The translations under genes and the position numbers were made by a program. Under the pieces are notes generated by a model that made no database searches, was not told the origin of the DNA, and saw only the letters and a list, made by a program, of their open reading frames with translations. Source: Lama guanicoe (taxonomy: Eukaryota). Taken from it: a stretch of DNA of 64,000 nt. The stretch lies in NCBI GenBank assembly GCA_013239625.1, contig MU054323.1:19238819-19302818 (forward strand), read 5' to 3'. Position 1 is the first letter of the stretch. Each line of letters begins with the position of its first letter. This document shows positions 52,178-64,000 of the stretch, in pieces.

Positions 52178-53900
52178 TACTAGGTACTTTATTCATTGTG
52201 ATACAATTGTAAATGGGACTGCTTTCTTAATTTCTTTTCCTGATACTTCATTATTAGCGTATAGAAATGCAACAGATTTCTATATATCAATTTTGTATCC
52301 CACGACTTCACTGAATTTGTTGATGAGGTCTAACAGTTTTTCAGTGGTGTATTTTCCATACATAGTATTAGATCATCTGCAAACAATGGCACTTGTACTT
52401 CTTCCCTTACGATTTACATTCTTTTTATTTCTTTTTCTCCTCTGATTGTTGTGGCTAGAACTTCCAGTACTATGTTGAATAAAAGTGGTGAGTGTGTGCA
52501 TCCTTGTCTTGTTCCTGAACTTAGAGGACATGTTTTCAGTTTTTCACCAGTGAGTATGATGTTGGCTGTAGGTCTGCCATTTATACCCTTTATTATGTTG
52601 AGGCATATTCCCTCTATACCCCCTTCCTTGGGAGTTTTTATCATAAAGAATTTTAAATTTTGTCAAAAGCTTTTTCTGCATCTATTGAGATGACTGTATC
52701 ATTTTTATTCTTCAACTTGTTTATCTGATGCTCTGCACGGATTGATTTGTATAGTGATTGACTAAATCATTCCTGTGTCCCTGGAAATTGTTCTACTTGT
52801 TCATGGTGTATGATGCTTTTAATATATTGTTGAATTCCATTTTCTAATATTTTGTTGAGGATTTTTGCATATATGTTCATCAAGGATATTGGCCTGTAAT
52901 TTTATTTTTCTGTGGTGTCTGTCTAGTTTTGGCATTAGGGTAGAGCTGGTCTTATTAGACTCATTCTATGGAATGAGTTCAGAAAGCATTCCTTCGACTT
53001 CATTATTTGGAATAGTTTCAGAAGGATAGGCGTTAAATCTTTTCTAAATGTTTGGCAGATAGCATCTGTAAAGCTGTATCATCCTGGACTTTCCTTTGTT
53101 GGGAGTTTTATTTTTATTATTGATTCAATTTCATTACTGCTAATTTGTCCACTGATATTTTCTATTTCTTTCTGATTCAGTCTTGGGAATTTTTACATTT
53201 CCAGGAATTTATCCATTTCTTCTAGGTTGTCCATTTATTGGTGTATAATTGTTTGCAGTAATTTCTTATGATTGTTTGTATTTCTGTGGTGTTGGTTGTA
53301 ACTTCTCCTTTTTATCTCTGACTTTATTTATTTGGCCCTCTCTCTTTTTCGTGGTGAGTCTGGCTAAAGGTTTATCAACTTTGTTTATCTTTTCAAAGAA
53401 CCGGATCATTGATCTTTTCTATTGATTTTTTAGTCTCTGTTTCATTTATTTCTGCTCTAATTTTTATTGTTTCATTCCTTTTACTAATGTTGGGTTTTGT
53501 TTGTTCTTTTTCTAGTTCCTTTAGGTGTAGGTTAGATTGAGAATTTTTATTCTTGAGGTAGGCTTGTATTGCTATAAGCTTCCCTCTTAAAATTGCTTTT
53601 GCTGCATCCTACAGCTATTGGATCATTGTTTTTTACCTTCATTTGTCTCCAGTTATTTTTTAATGTCATCTTTGATTTCTTCAGAGACTCATTAGTTGTT
53701 TAGTAGCCAGTGTTCCCTTATTGATTCCCTATCTTGATGTAAGTGAAGTATTACCGCTCCCTGCCATTATCATCACAATCGATTTCTCCATTTACGTCTG
53801 TTAATGTTTGCTTCATGTATTTAAGAGCTCCAATGGTGGGTGCATATATATTTACAACTATAGTATCTTCTTGTTAGAGTGATTCCTTTATCATTATATA
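52178..53900 (-). mobile_element. L1 ORF2 fragment (reverse-transcriptase region)
   Basis: Minus ORF 52414-52644: [56 protein letters not shown]. Confidence 0.9.
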
Positions 53901-53979
53901 AAGTTGTTACTATATTCCTCAGCTCTGTTTGATTATTCTTTAATTTTCTAACTCTTTTTTAAACTTTCCTCATTTTTTG

Positions 53980-54490
53980 CCTTGTCTGTCTTGACACCAA
54001 TGCCACACTATCTTGATGACTATAGTTCATAAGTCTTGAAGTCAAGTATTGTTAAGTCCTATGACTTTGGTGTTCTTTTTCAAAGTTGTTTCAGTGTTTC
54101 TATTGTTTTTGCATTTTCATATGAATTTTAGAACTAGCTTGTTAATTTCTATAATTAAGCCTGTTGGGATTTTGTTTGGAATTAAATTGAATCTACTAAT
54201 TAATCAATTTGGGGAGAATCCACATCTTAACATTAAGTCTTAATATTAAATCTCTAAACTCACAAATACGGCATCTCTCTCAATTTATTTAGTCTTTAAT
54301 TTCTCTCACCTAAAATAAGTTATTTCATCATTTTTGATTCTACTATAAGCAGCTTTTTCTCATTTTTGATAATTTTTGCTATCAAAGAGAAATACAACTG
54401 ATATTTACATTAATCTCATATCTAGCAAGCATGCTAACTCACTTATTACTTCTAATCGTTTTGCAGTAGATTCCTTAGGTTCTATTTCTC
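53980..54490 (-). mobile_element. Old L1 (L1ME-type) ORF2 fragment
   Basis: tgcattttcatatgaattttagaactagcttg...gggattttgtttggaattaaattgaatcta...ttggggagaat. Confidence 0.7.
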
Positions 54491-54594
54491 CAGAAAAACG
54501 CTGACTAATATAGCTACAGAAGCTGACATTCAGACGTCAAACAACAAAATACGCAGATAGGCCAAATGACCAGGTTCCTACGTAAGCATTCCAT

Positions 54595-54823
54595 AGCGAT
54601 GCTTCTCAGTTGTGACGATGTTGTTCCCTCAAAGACATTTGGAAATATATGCAGACATTTTTGGTTGTTACAACCAGAAGGAGGGCTACTGACACCTAGT
54701 GGGCAGAAAATAAGGATGATACTGAGCTTCCTACAATGCACAGAGCAGCCTCTTCCCCAGCCTTCTGACTAAGAACTGTCCAGCTCAGGATGGTTAATAA
54801 CACTGAGATTTAGAAACTCTGCC
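54595..54823. mobile_element. MER20 (hAT-Charlie)
   Basis: gacatttggaaatatatgcagacatttttggttgttacaac...gctactgacacctagtgggcaga...cctacaatgcacagagcagcc...ctgagatttagaaactctg. Confidence 0.8.
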
Positions 54824-56104
54824 CTAAATTGAAGTCCACAACTTGACAATTTCTGATCATACATGGAGCATTTAATCATTTATTAATGCCTCAGTCTTAA
54901 CTATGAATAGTTAACTATGAATAGCCACCAAGGACACTAGTCATTTGAGGAAAACTTTCAACATCAAAGAGGTTTAAAGCATCAAATAAAAACAGTACAC
55001 AAATCAAGCAAGACTTCAAAAAGTAGAATTAATATGCTAAGGGTCATAATGTATGACATTGTATGTAATAAAAACAGTATTATATCTAAAAGAGGTTCAT
55101 CAGAACTGTAAAGACATCTTGGGAGCTAAGAGTGGGGAAAAGTCAACCAAAGAGGCCAAATATGAGAAAAAACAAAAACTCCTAGAAAGGAAACTAAAAG
55201 ACAAAAAGATATACAACAAAAGAAAATACACAAGAATATTAGAATGTTTCAGGGAGTCACAAAGAATAAAAAACATTTCATGTAAAGGATCAGAAATGTA
55301 GGAAACCAGGGTGAAGGGTCAAAAGAGGTTACCTTTTAATGTATAAAGGCTTCTCAACAGCAGACCTAACCACTCAAAGTCTATGAAAATGCTTCAGATT
55401 TGAGTAAAACACTCTTTATTCAACTTGGAATTAAATACAGGCAACCATCAACTGGTGTGAGATTAGGATAAAGATATTTTCAGCTAAGTAAACTTTTCCA
55501 TATCCTTTCTCAGTAAGCTACTGAAGGATGTGCTTCACCAAAGCAAAGGAGAACAACACGTGGGACCCACAGGCAGAGGCCAGCAGGTACACAGTTCAGA
55601 CTGAGGCAGGAAGATGAAGTCTTCCTGAAGGATGTCTCCAGGAAAAAAATAAGAAAACTTGAACTGATTGATTACTTACATGACTGTATACAAAATAATA
55701 TTCTGTTGGAGACATTAGGAAGAATTAGTGATAAGGAAATAGAATAAGAAGGAACCAATTATACAAAGCAATTATTATTTCAGGAAAAAAAACAGAAAAT
55801 TATTTTAAAAATAAACACTGTCATAGTGTATCATTTGGCTCAGGACTGAATAAGGACTGCTATTGTTCTTTAAATCATGTGTTTAAGTACTGAAAATTGA
55901 TGTAAACAAATAGTTTGATATCAAAACACTGGAAAAAATGAAATAAACTGATGTAGTGTGACGGGATAGAAAAACAGCTTCAAATCTGCCATACTAGGAT
56001 CTAAGTAAGCAATGTCTAAGTTTGATAAGTCAAGACATAATAGGATAAATATGCTACCTAGAAATGATTAAACAGATTTAGAAATAGATTTAATTATCTA
56101 TTAA

Positions 56105-56515
56105 TTGATTTGAGATATAATTCTGCAATTACCAGGGGCTTAAACAAGTGGGGTTTGGGGTTTTGCTCACATAACAAGAAATCCAGAGGCAGCCAGTCCA
56201 GCCCTGGACAGTGGCTCAAAAATGTCAGGGCCAAGATTTCTGTGATACTCTAGCCCTTCTCTGAGGTCAGTCATGCAGTGATTACTGCAGCTTTAGCCAT
56301 CACACCTGCATCCCAAAAGGTAAAAAGCAAAAGGCAGGCAAAACAAATTTTGAAACTAATTGTTCTGACAATGAAATGGCCATTCTTTTCTGCAAGAAAC
56401 AGCCACAATTTTTAAGCTGAATGTATTGTCAACTTTAATAAAACTGAGATTTCATTAGTTAAAAAAAAAGTGAAGGAGAATGGACATTGTGTGGGCAGCT
56501 TGCAGTCTCTGCCAT
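56105..56515 (-). mobile_element. Old MaLR LTR (MLT1J/K-like)
   Basis: ggcttaaacaag...ctcacataacaagaaatccagaggcagccagtccag...gagaatggacattgtgtgggcagct...tctctgccata. Confidence 0.55.
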
Positions 56516-59500
56516 ACGAGGTAAAGAGCAAGATTAAAAACAGCTAAAATACAGTTGAAAGTGATTTGGAACCGGGTCTCAGGAGTGGGAGGAGGGTAAC
56601 AGCAGTTGCATTTTTCTTGTAATCTTTATAATTCATCTGTCCTTTTAAACTATAAACATGTATTGTTATAAAAAAATTAAAAATAGAATGTGCTTCATAC
56701 ACCAAAGAATGCATTGATGACAAGTGAAGGATGAGTAACATCACAGCATGATGTAGGAAATAATAGCTCACAAACCTCCAAATGGAAAAAAGGGATGAGA
56801 GAAATGAGTCAATATAAAATATGTGGGTCTGAACATAAAAGAACATGAGACTGGGTAGTTGATATCATATCCTCATTTCAAATAGCAATGTGAGTTCCAC
56901 AAAACACATTATATAATGTTTCTAAATTGGGTGTTACTGGTTTATAACTTAAGTTTAACGTTGTTAGTACTTAAGCTATACGTTTGTAGTTTTGGTTTTA
57001 AGTGGAATGAGAACTATAAACGTCAGGAACTTATACCTAGTTTTGTCTTGTGCATTTGTAACATTATCCAAATAATTTAAGTCAATGCTGGAGTTCCCTA
57101 AGTTAAATTTTCCTTAAAAAGACATCTGTATATCATTTTGGTTTGAGATTTATTGTCCTATTATTTTTGGCTTTATGGAAGGAGTTTCTTCTCACTTCAT
57201 TCAACGTAGCATTTCCACCCCTGTTGCTTTATATTCTAACCATTGTTTCTTATATTTAAAGATAAGCATGATGGGAGAAGCACAGCCCAAGATAGACCCG
57301 GGTACATAAACTGTGTAGACGTCTTGCACAAAGTGCTAACCTGCATTTTGATCTCCCCATCTAGAACCTAACAGGCATAAGTATGCTCATCTTAAATATT
57401 TGTACAGATTAAAACACCAAGCTCATTACCCTGTACAAAGCAGGGGCTTGATAAGTAAGGTTTTGCTCCCAAAAGACAAAATTATTAACATTACTTATAA
57501 TTACATATGTAAAGTCTAACATGAAATCCATTTATGAGGTTCATAACCTTTCATCAACATGAAAATGGGTTGTTCTCAAATACATTTACATGTCCTCTCT
57601 TCATCTCAGTGGGAATCAAGGTCAACGTGAACTAGCTACGTACCGTTTTCCTCGTCAACAGTGTTGGATCTATTAAATTATTACTCTCATTTTGCTCTGT
57701 CCTTTAAAAATCAATATAAACATATTTCCAATATTATTTTGGAAGCTTACTAGATATGATATATCAAAGCTGACCCAGAAACCAGCTGTTCTGAAATCAT
57801 ATTAACTTCTGTCTCATGTAGGTCCCATGAAAATGCCATGGATGACATACCACAAAAAAAGATAGGAGGCAGTAGGAGAGAACAGCTAAGATGAAGTCAG
57901 AACTATTCTTCCTAGGAAGCAGAAAGTAAGTTTAATGCAGATTTCTCTAGATGGTTCTGACCAGCAGTGTCATCACAGAATCATCACTGTCACCCTCAAT
58001 ATTATCAACCTTACATTCCATTTTTACAATTTAACTTCCACAATGTGTACAAAGCTTTTTCACATCCATTTTTCAATCCAAATTTCAATTTACAGAAAAC
58101 TGTACAATAGGGTACAGGCCAAGAGTTCAAACCCAGTCTTCCACTTCACAGCAACCTAGTGTAGCCATCGCAGTGAAAGAGGGTGGGAAGTCACTGCACC
58201 TACTAGGTTGATGAGGTCCAACTGTGTAGGGAATGACTCCCAGACACAGACAAAAGCAAAGGAAAGTGAGTCCAGCAAAGAATAAAAAGCTGCTAGCATC
58301 CCCCATCAGATGGTTTTCTGGCCTATGGGCATCCCTTATACCTTTAACAGGAAGGAAAAACTAAAAACCAAACTTTACTGATTGAGCGTGGCAAGTTTTG
58401 ATGAGCACTGGATGTATTCAAATCTGTAAGACACCTTGCTCAGACAGCAACAGAGAAAACCAGAGTCAGGCTAAGAAAAAGGAGCAGATGCTGTTTCCAA
58501 AGCATAGAAGAAATAAGAGCACGTGCCTTAAAGGAGTAGAAATCTGAGGCCACAGAGAAGTGTGGAAGTGTTGCAGCCTAGCATGGGAGCACGTTGGCTC
58601 TCTGACAAAGGAGTAACAGTATTATAAAGAGAGATGAATAGACAACAACAAGAATAAATTACAGTTTTCAAAAACTAAGGACCCACAGAAAGACTATCTG
58701 GATGTTTCAGATGTATCCTCGATGTCAAACCTTGCCAAGTACTGTTTCACTCTTCTAATATGCCAATACACAAAAGGGTACAAAACACTTCTAAAATGTA
58801 ATTCCATACAGGAAACTTGCACTTGTATTCAAACATTGACTCAGCTATTACAAAGTGAAGCAACACCTGCGGTATTCCAGGTTAATCTTTTGGAAACCCC
58901 ACTCCCCACAAGGAAAACTGTCACTTCTTCAGACAAAATATGATGGGAGAAAATGACATCTTAATAAGACGTTGCTAATTCTATTATAATACTATAATGT
59001 GTCAGTTATCAACGTACTGCTTCTCAGCTTCAAATGCACATTTCACTACATGCTCTGTGATAAATAAGAAAATTGCTGGAAGCATTTTCCTTTAAAGCAA
59101 GCACAAAGACAAGCCTTCTCAATAGAGGGCATTGAAGAGACATCACCAGAGGAAGAGGCTTTCTGAAATGTCCTGCAAGGGCCACGTGGGCATGAAAACA
59201 TCCTAAGGAGACTGTCCCAGCCACTGGCCGAGAGCATGGTCCCTCCATGACCTTGAATCCTATGAACAGCAATAACCTTTCCTCAGTCCTATAGACAGAG
59301 AAACCACAACCCTCCCCACCACCCTGATCCACACACATACACACACTCATGAAGGCCTTTGCTCTGAAGGCCTCCTGCATTCCCGGCACTGGGACTCCCC
59401 AGTGTGGTCTGCCTGCAACCATGTATGTCCCGGAGGGTCCACACACCAAGCAGTCCAGCAGGCCCCCACACCCATGCAAGCCTGCATGCTCCAAAAGCCT

Positions 59501-59904
59501 TCTCCTCTAGCTGGCATCAAACTTGCTGCATAACCACATCACCATTGCAGATCATCTGCCCGCTGGCCTGCTTTCCAGGCCCATTGCCTGCCCAGGAACT
59601 CCAGACCAGCCCAGGCCTGACCAAACCAATAAACATCTCTCCTATCAGCTGGGCTGAACTCCACCTTTCCCGACAAGATCTAACTTCTTCCAAGTTGGTC
59701 CTTCCCTGGTTACTCTCCTTCAACTTCAGAGTATCATAGAGAGTTTCTTTATATCGTATAGTTTCTCTTTTATCATAGTTAATAATTCCTCATATTAACT
59801 ACACGTTTTATTTATTGTGTGGTCTCTGCCTCCTGATTGGACCCAGACTACTGCAGTTTGAAAAACAGAAAAAGAAAACACAACCTAAAATAAGGAAATA
59901 TGCA

Positions 59905-60095
59905 TGAATTTATTAAGCACTAAATGCCAGACGTTAGACAACTTAAATATTTTATATTGTTTAATCCTCAGAAAAACTTAACAGGGTGAAATATTTGAAG
60001 TTCAGGGAGATCAAGTAACTTGTCCAGATTTATATAGCTTAGTAAAAGGCAAAAACATTTCAAATTTGTGTCCCCATTTGAATACAAATAGCTTT
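59905..60095 (-). mobile_element. MIR SINE
   Basis: tttattaagcactaaatgccag...tttaatcctcag...gaagttcagggagatcaagtaacttgtcc. Confidence 0.6.
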
Positions 60096-61509
60096 CACTT
60101 ACGAACTTAAATATTTATGAAGTTACATATTTATATTTATGAAGTTGTTCATCTATCTATCTGCATAACATCTGCACTGCAGAGAATGAATTGTGTTGAG
60201 AGAAGAGAAAGCCTGGGAGTAAAATTAGCAAGTCTTGGTGTTTGATTAGGTAGAGTAGTGAGACACTGACAGAGTATGGGAAGTGGAATTGGCTATAAAT
60301 ACTCCTTAAAACTTGGATGACTTCGAACTGTCACTGGAATCACTGCAGGATTCCTCAGCAAATGCATGCATAATAGAAAAAAGTAGGGTTTGGAGTCAAT
60401 CAGTCTCATGTAATGATGGGAGTGGAGCATGGATTTGCAGTGCTAGAGTCAGAATAAGGGGATATTTCTGGGTGGGTGTTGCAGAAATCCAGATAGGAAG
60501 TGCGGGAAGTCCAACGTGAGCAGCAGCAATGGAGATCTAGGGAATCCCACAGGACAGACTCATCCCAAAGTGGACATCACTAAGACTGGGCATCAGACTG
60601 GGAGAGAGGGATGAACAAAAGACAAGTCTGAATGTTAGGAACATTTTACAAAACAATCTCTAGGAAATCCTTGACAAAGGACACAGGAGCCCTAGAAAGA
60701 CCATGCAACAATCATTTCCCTGTCATGGGAAGCATAAATGGTTAACAATAAGATAAAGTCTTATTAAGTGTTCATAAGGCAGGTCTACCAAGATAAAAGA
60801 CAACTGTTATTGATATACTGATGATGGTATCTCTGTGGGTCCAGTGTTTTTTCCATGAGCAAGACAGTAAAAAGGCTGAGGTTTTCCTCTCCTTAGCACA
60901 GTTGCAGATGAGTGGTCTATACACAGACCTGCCTGCCAGGCTCCAGCCTCCCTCTGGTAACACTCCCCCATTCCTGGAGATGGCTGTTAGCTCTAGAACA
61001 CAGAGCTGTTCAGATCACTGAAGAATTCTACGTAGTACTCCTGTGTTACTTGGCGTTGCACTTTACTGAGAGCTGAGAGGGAGGACAACCCTTTGATCTG
61101 CCTCTTCTCTTGGTATTCTTTGATGTTTATTTGATTGCTGTCATAAACATCAAAGGATTACCGTGCCCAGAGGGAAGACGCAACCTCAGATCTGGTCATT
61201 CCTACAACAACCTAGTGCCATAGAAAATAACAGAAGAAAGGAGATGACTTTGCTGACAGGCATGCTTAATTTGGGATGTGCTAAGCATGGTAGGATTTGA
61301 GGGGAAATAACCAGTGATCAGGGAGCAAAATAGAACTCGGGCTCAAGTGGGAGACTGGGGGAACATCTGCAGAGAAATTACTGTATTACACAGAAGTCTA
61401 CACCTGCAAGGCAACATGTAGTTGTTCTAGCGTTAAGTCCCTATTTTATAAAGACAATTTAACTATTCAGAGGCAGCTGTTATCTCTGTTACTTTGGTAC
61501 TTTTCCAAA

Positions 61510-62080
61510 GTATATTGGGATGCTCCAGAGAAACAGAACCAACAGGAAATATAAGTATTTTACACATACACACACAAGATCTCCATTAGATTATATAATA
61601 TTATATATATTAGTAAGAGATGTATTATAAGAAATTGGCTCACAGGTTATGGAAGCTGACAAGTCTCAAGCTGCAGACAGCAAGGTAACTGATGGTATAG
61701 CTCCAGGTTGAGTCCAAAGGCCTGAGAGCCAATGGAATAGTTTTATTCTTAAGGCCAACAAGCTTAAGATGCAGGAAGAGTCTATTTTTCAGTAAGACAA
61801 CAAAAGCAGGAAAGAAATCAATGTTCTAGATTAAGGCCGTTGGGTAGGAGGAGTTCCTTTTTATTGTCAGAAGAGTCAACCCTTTTGCGCCATTTAGGAC
61901 TTCAACTGATTGGACGAGGCCCACCCACACTAGGGAGGACAAAATGTTCTACTCAGTCTACCAATTCAAGTGTTAATTTCACCCAGAAGCACACTCACAG
62001 ACAATCTCAGAATGATGCTTGTCCACACATCTGGGCATCCTGTGGCCCAGTCAAGTTAATACATAAAATTAACCATCACA
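61510..62080 (-). mobile_element. ERVL solo LTR (MLT2-type)
   Basis: ctccagagaaacagaaccaacagga...tattataagaaattggctcac...ttcaactgattggacgaggcccaccc...ccagtcaagttaatacataaaattaaccatcaca. Confidence 0.85.
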
Positions 62081-62209
62081 CAAAAATCACAGAGATAATT
62101 AGTGGTAGATCTGAGAACAGAATTTAAGCCTTCAGGTTCAGTTTTGAAATGTACATCTGCTCTTCTCTTCAGAATAAGAAGTGGTAGGTCATCTGTTCCA
62201 TTGGTTTTT

Positions 62210-63040
62210 GGTTAAAATTGTTATTTGGCTTTGAATAGGTTATACATGGACGTGGTAGAAAATTCAAAAGGTACAGAATAGTACACAGTGAGAAACAAGC
62301 CTCCATTCACCTTTGACCCCAGTCATAAGTTCCTTCTGCAGATACAATCACTGTTAAGTTTCTTGCGTTTCCTACAGGAAAGAACCTAAGCATATTGAAT
62401 AGCATATAAAATATTTATTTTTGTAGAAACAGTAGCATATCTTACATGTCATTCTGCACTATGTTTTTGTTTTTGGCTTTTTTAAAACTTAACAAAGTAT
62501 CCTAGAGATTTTCCCTTAATGGTACATATAAAGTTTTTAGTATTCACAGTATGCTGATGGAACTATTTAACTAATCACTTGCTACAAAGAATATTACTAC
62601 ATGTAAATAATTTTCACATGCTAGCATATCTACAATGTTTATTATATAAATAGGATACATATTAAAGATATAATACAGAAGTGAAATTACTGGGTCAAAA
62701 ATATATACTCCTTTTTGTAAGGCATAATGTCTAATTGCTCTCAGTAGTAGTTATACCAATTTACTTTTCCATAAACAGAATCATCCGTTTCCCCAAACCT
62801 TTGCCAACATAGTTTGTAATCAAGCATTCTTTGCTACTAAAATCTAATCATTTCTTAATGTTATCATTGTCATTTTGATTTATATTTTTCTTATTCATAA
62901 CTTGAATGTTATTTCAAATGTTGAAAAGACATTTTTATTTCCTTTGCTATGAATTATCTAAACATATCACTTGCACGTTTTTTGTCAAATATTTATAGTA
63001 GTTCTCTGTAAGTTAAGGAAATTAACTTCTGGCTGTGCAA
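62210..63040 (-). mobile_element. Old L1 (L1ME-type) 3' end
   Basis: aaattcaaaaggtacagaatagtacacagtg; agaagtgaaattactgggtcaaa; ttataccaatttacttttcc...ttccccaaacctttgccaaca. Confidence 0.65.
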
Positions 63041-63399
63041 AAAATAAATACATCATCAAATTCTAGTTATTATCTCTTAACTCAGTATTTCTAGACTTCA
63101 AAGTGTTAATGCGAGAAGCAGATTGGACAGTTTTCATTTTGGAGAGAATGAACCAAAGTGCAGTTCTGGGCACAGGGAGAATTGGGTGGGAGTCAAGAAT
63201 CAATCCATCGGCCACATTTCCAGGAAACCAATACTGTATAGAAAGTCAGCCCATTTTCCTCCTGCCACCAGAACTCTTATGTAGGAAATTCTACCAGGAA
63301 AATTCTGCTTGTTCAGTGCCTACCGATCACCTAGTGAGAGAACACCTCCCCCCCAGGTGAGGACTTAGGGGGCCCACACTGCAGTGAGGCTGCTAAGGG

Positions 63400-63800
63400 C
63401 ACAGGCTCTGTAGCCAGGCTGTCTGAGAAACCCACAGCGACACTACCTCAGCCCGGCCATCACGGTGGCCATCTCAGGGAGAAGGCAAGTTGCTATCAAG
63501 TACTTTCTGACAGGCTGAGATGAAAATGGCACTTAACCTCTGTGGCGTTCTTTCCCAAAATCCACAACCCCAGCCTAACAGAAAAGTTCCAGTTGAGAGA
63601 TATTCTACAGAACACCCAGCCACTACCCTTCAAAAGTGTCAAGGTCATGAGAAACAGGAAAGACCGAGAAACTATCACAGATTGGAGGGGCTTCAGGAGA
63701 CAGGACAACTAAACGCCATGTGGTATCCCGGATTGCATGCTGGAAAAGACACTAGCAGAAAACCTGGTGAAACCAGAATAAAATCTATAGTTTACTTTTT
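63400..63800 (+). mobile_element. L1MC4-type 3' UTR fragment
   Basis: cacttaacctctgtggcgttctttcccaaaatccacaacccc...cttcaaaagtgtcaaggtcatga...cacagattggagg...gacaactaaacgccatgtggtatcccggatt. Confidence 0.6.
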
Positions 63801-64000
63801 AAAAAGGTACGGTGTGGCCAATGGATTCATTCTTGACTCCCACCCAATTCCCCCTGTGCCCAGAACTGCACTATGGTTCATTCTCTGCAAAATGAAAACT
63901 GTCCAAATCTGCTTCTCACGTGAACACTTTGAAGTCTAGGGTATTCTTCTAGACCTTTTTATTGATTCATACTGCTTTTTAACCTGCTTTTTCATTAATA

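Noticed and set aside
54897..54924. Perfect 14-nt tandem duplication (TTAACTATGAATAG x2); a similar 21-nt-period repeat near 11658-11692
   Set aside because: Two-copy slippage duplications; not arrays and no spacer structure.
59030..59739. Overlapping 154 aa, 111 aa and 68 aa ORFs in a GC-richer patch
   Set aside because: No recognisable domain and no supporting splice structure; overlapping ORFs on both strands are expected from locally higher GC.
63520..63939. 139 aa ORF
   Set aside because: Lies in L1MC 3' UTR-derived sequence.

Overview
AT-rich (roughly 35-40% GC by eye), CpG-depleted eutherian genomic DNA. It is very probably camelid: there is a Vic-1-type tRNA-derived SINE at 18692-18822 and artiodactyl-type L1 3' ends, and I saw no BovB, Bov-tA, PRE1 or Alu. 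I found no supportable protein-coding exon, RNA gene, CpG island or CRISPR-like array. The longer ORFs in the track are L1 ORF2 fragments, their antisense shadows, or chance ORFs. Roughly half the window is transposon debris of several ages: lineage-specific L1s, old L1M families, MLT1/MLT2/LTR33-type LTRs, MIR, L2 and hAT MERs. Repeat family names come from recalled consensus motifs and boundaries are approximate. The most provocative idea is a pair of decayed vitellogenin genes across about 1-32.6 kb, but comparable matches turned up in my own negative-control regions, so it is reported only as an untested hypothesis. The other findings are modest: a local inverted duplication inside an L1, an L1 with an intact target-site duplication, small CpG clusters and a CTCF-like palindrome.
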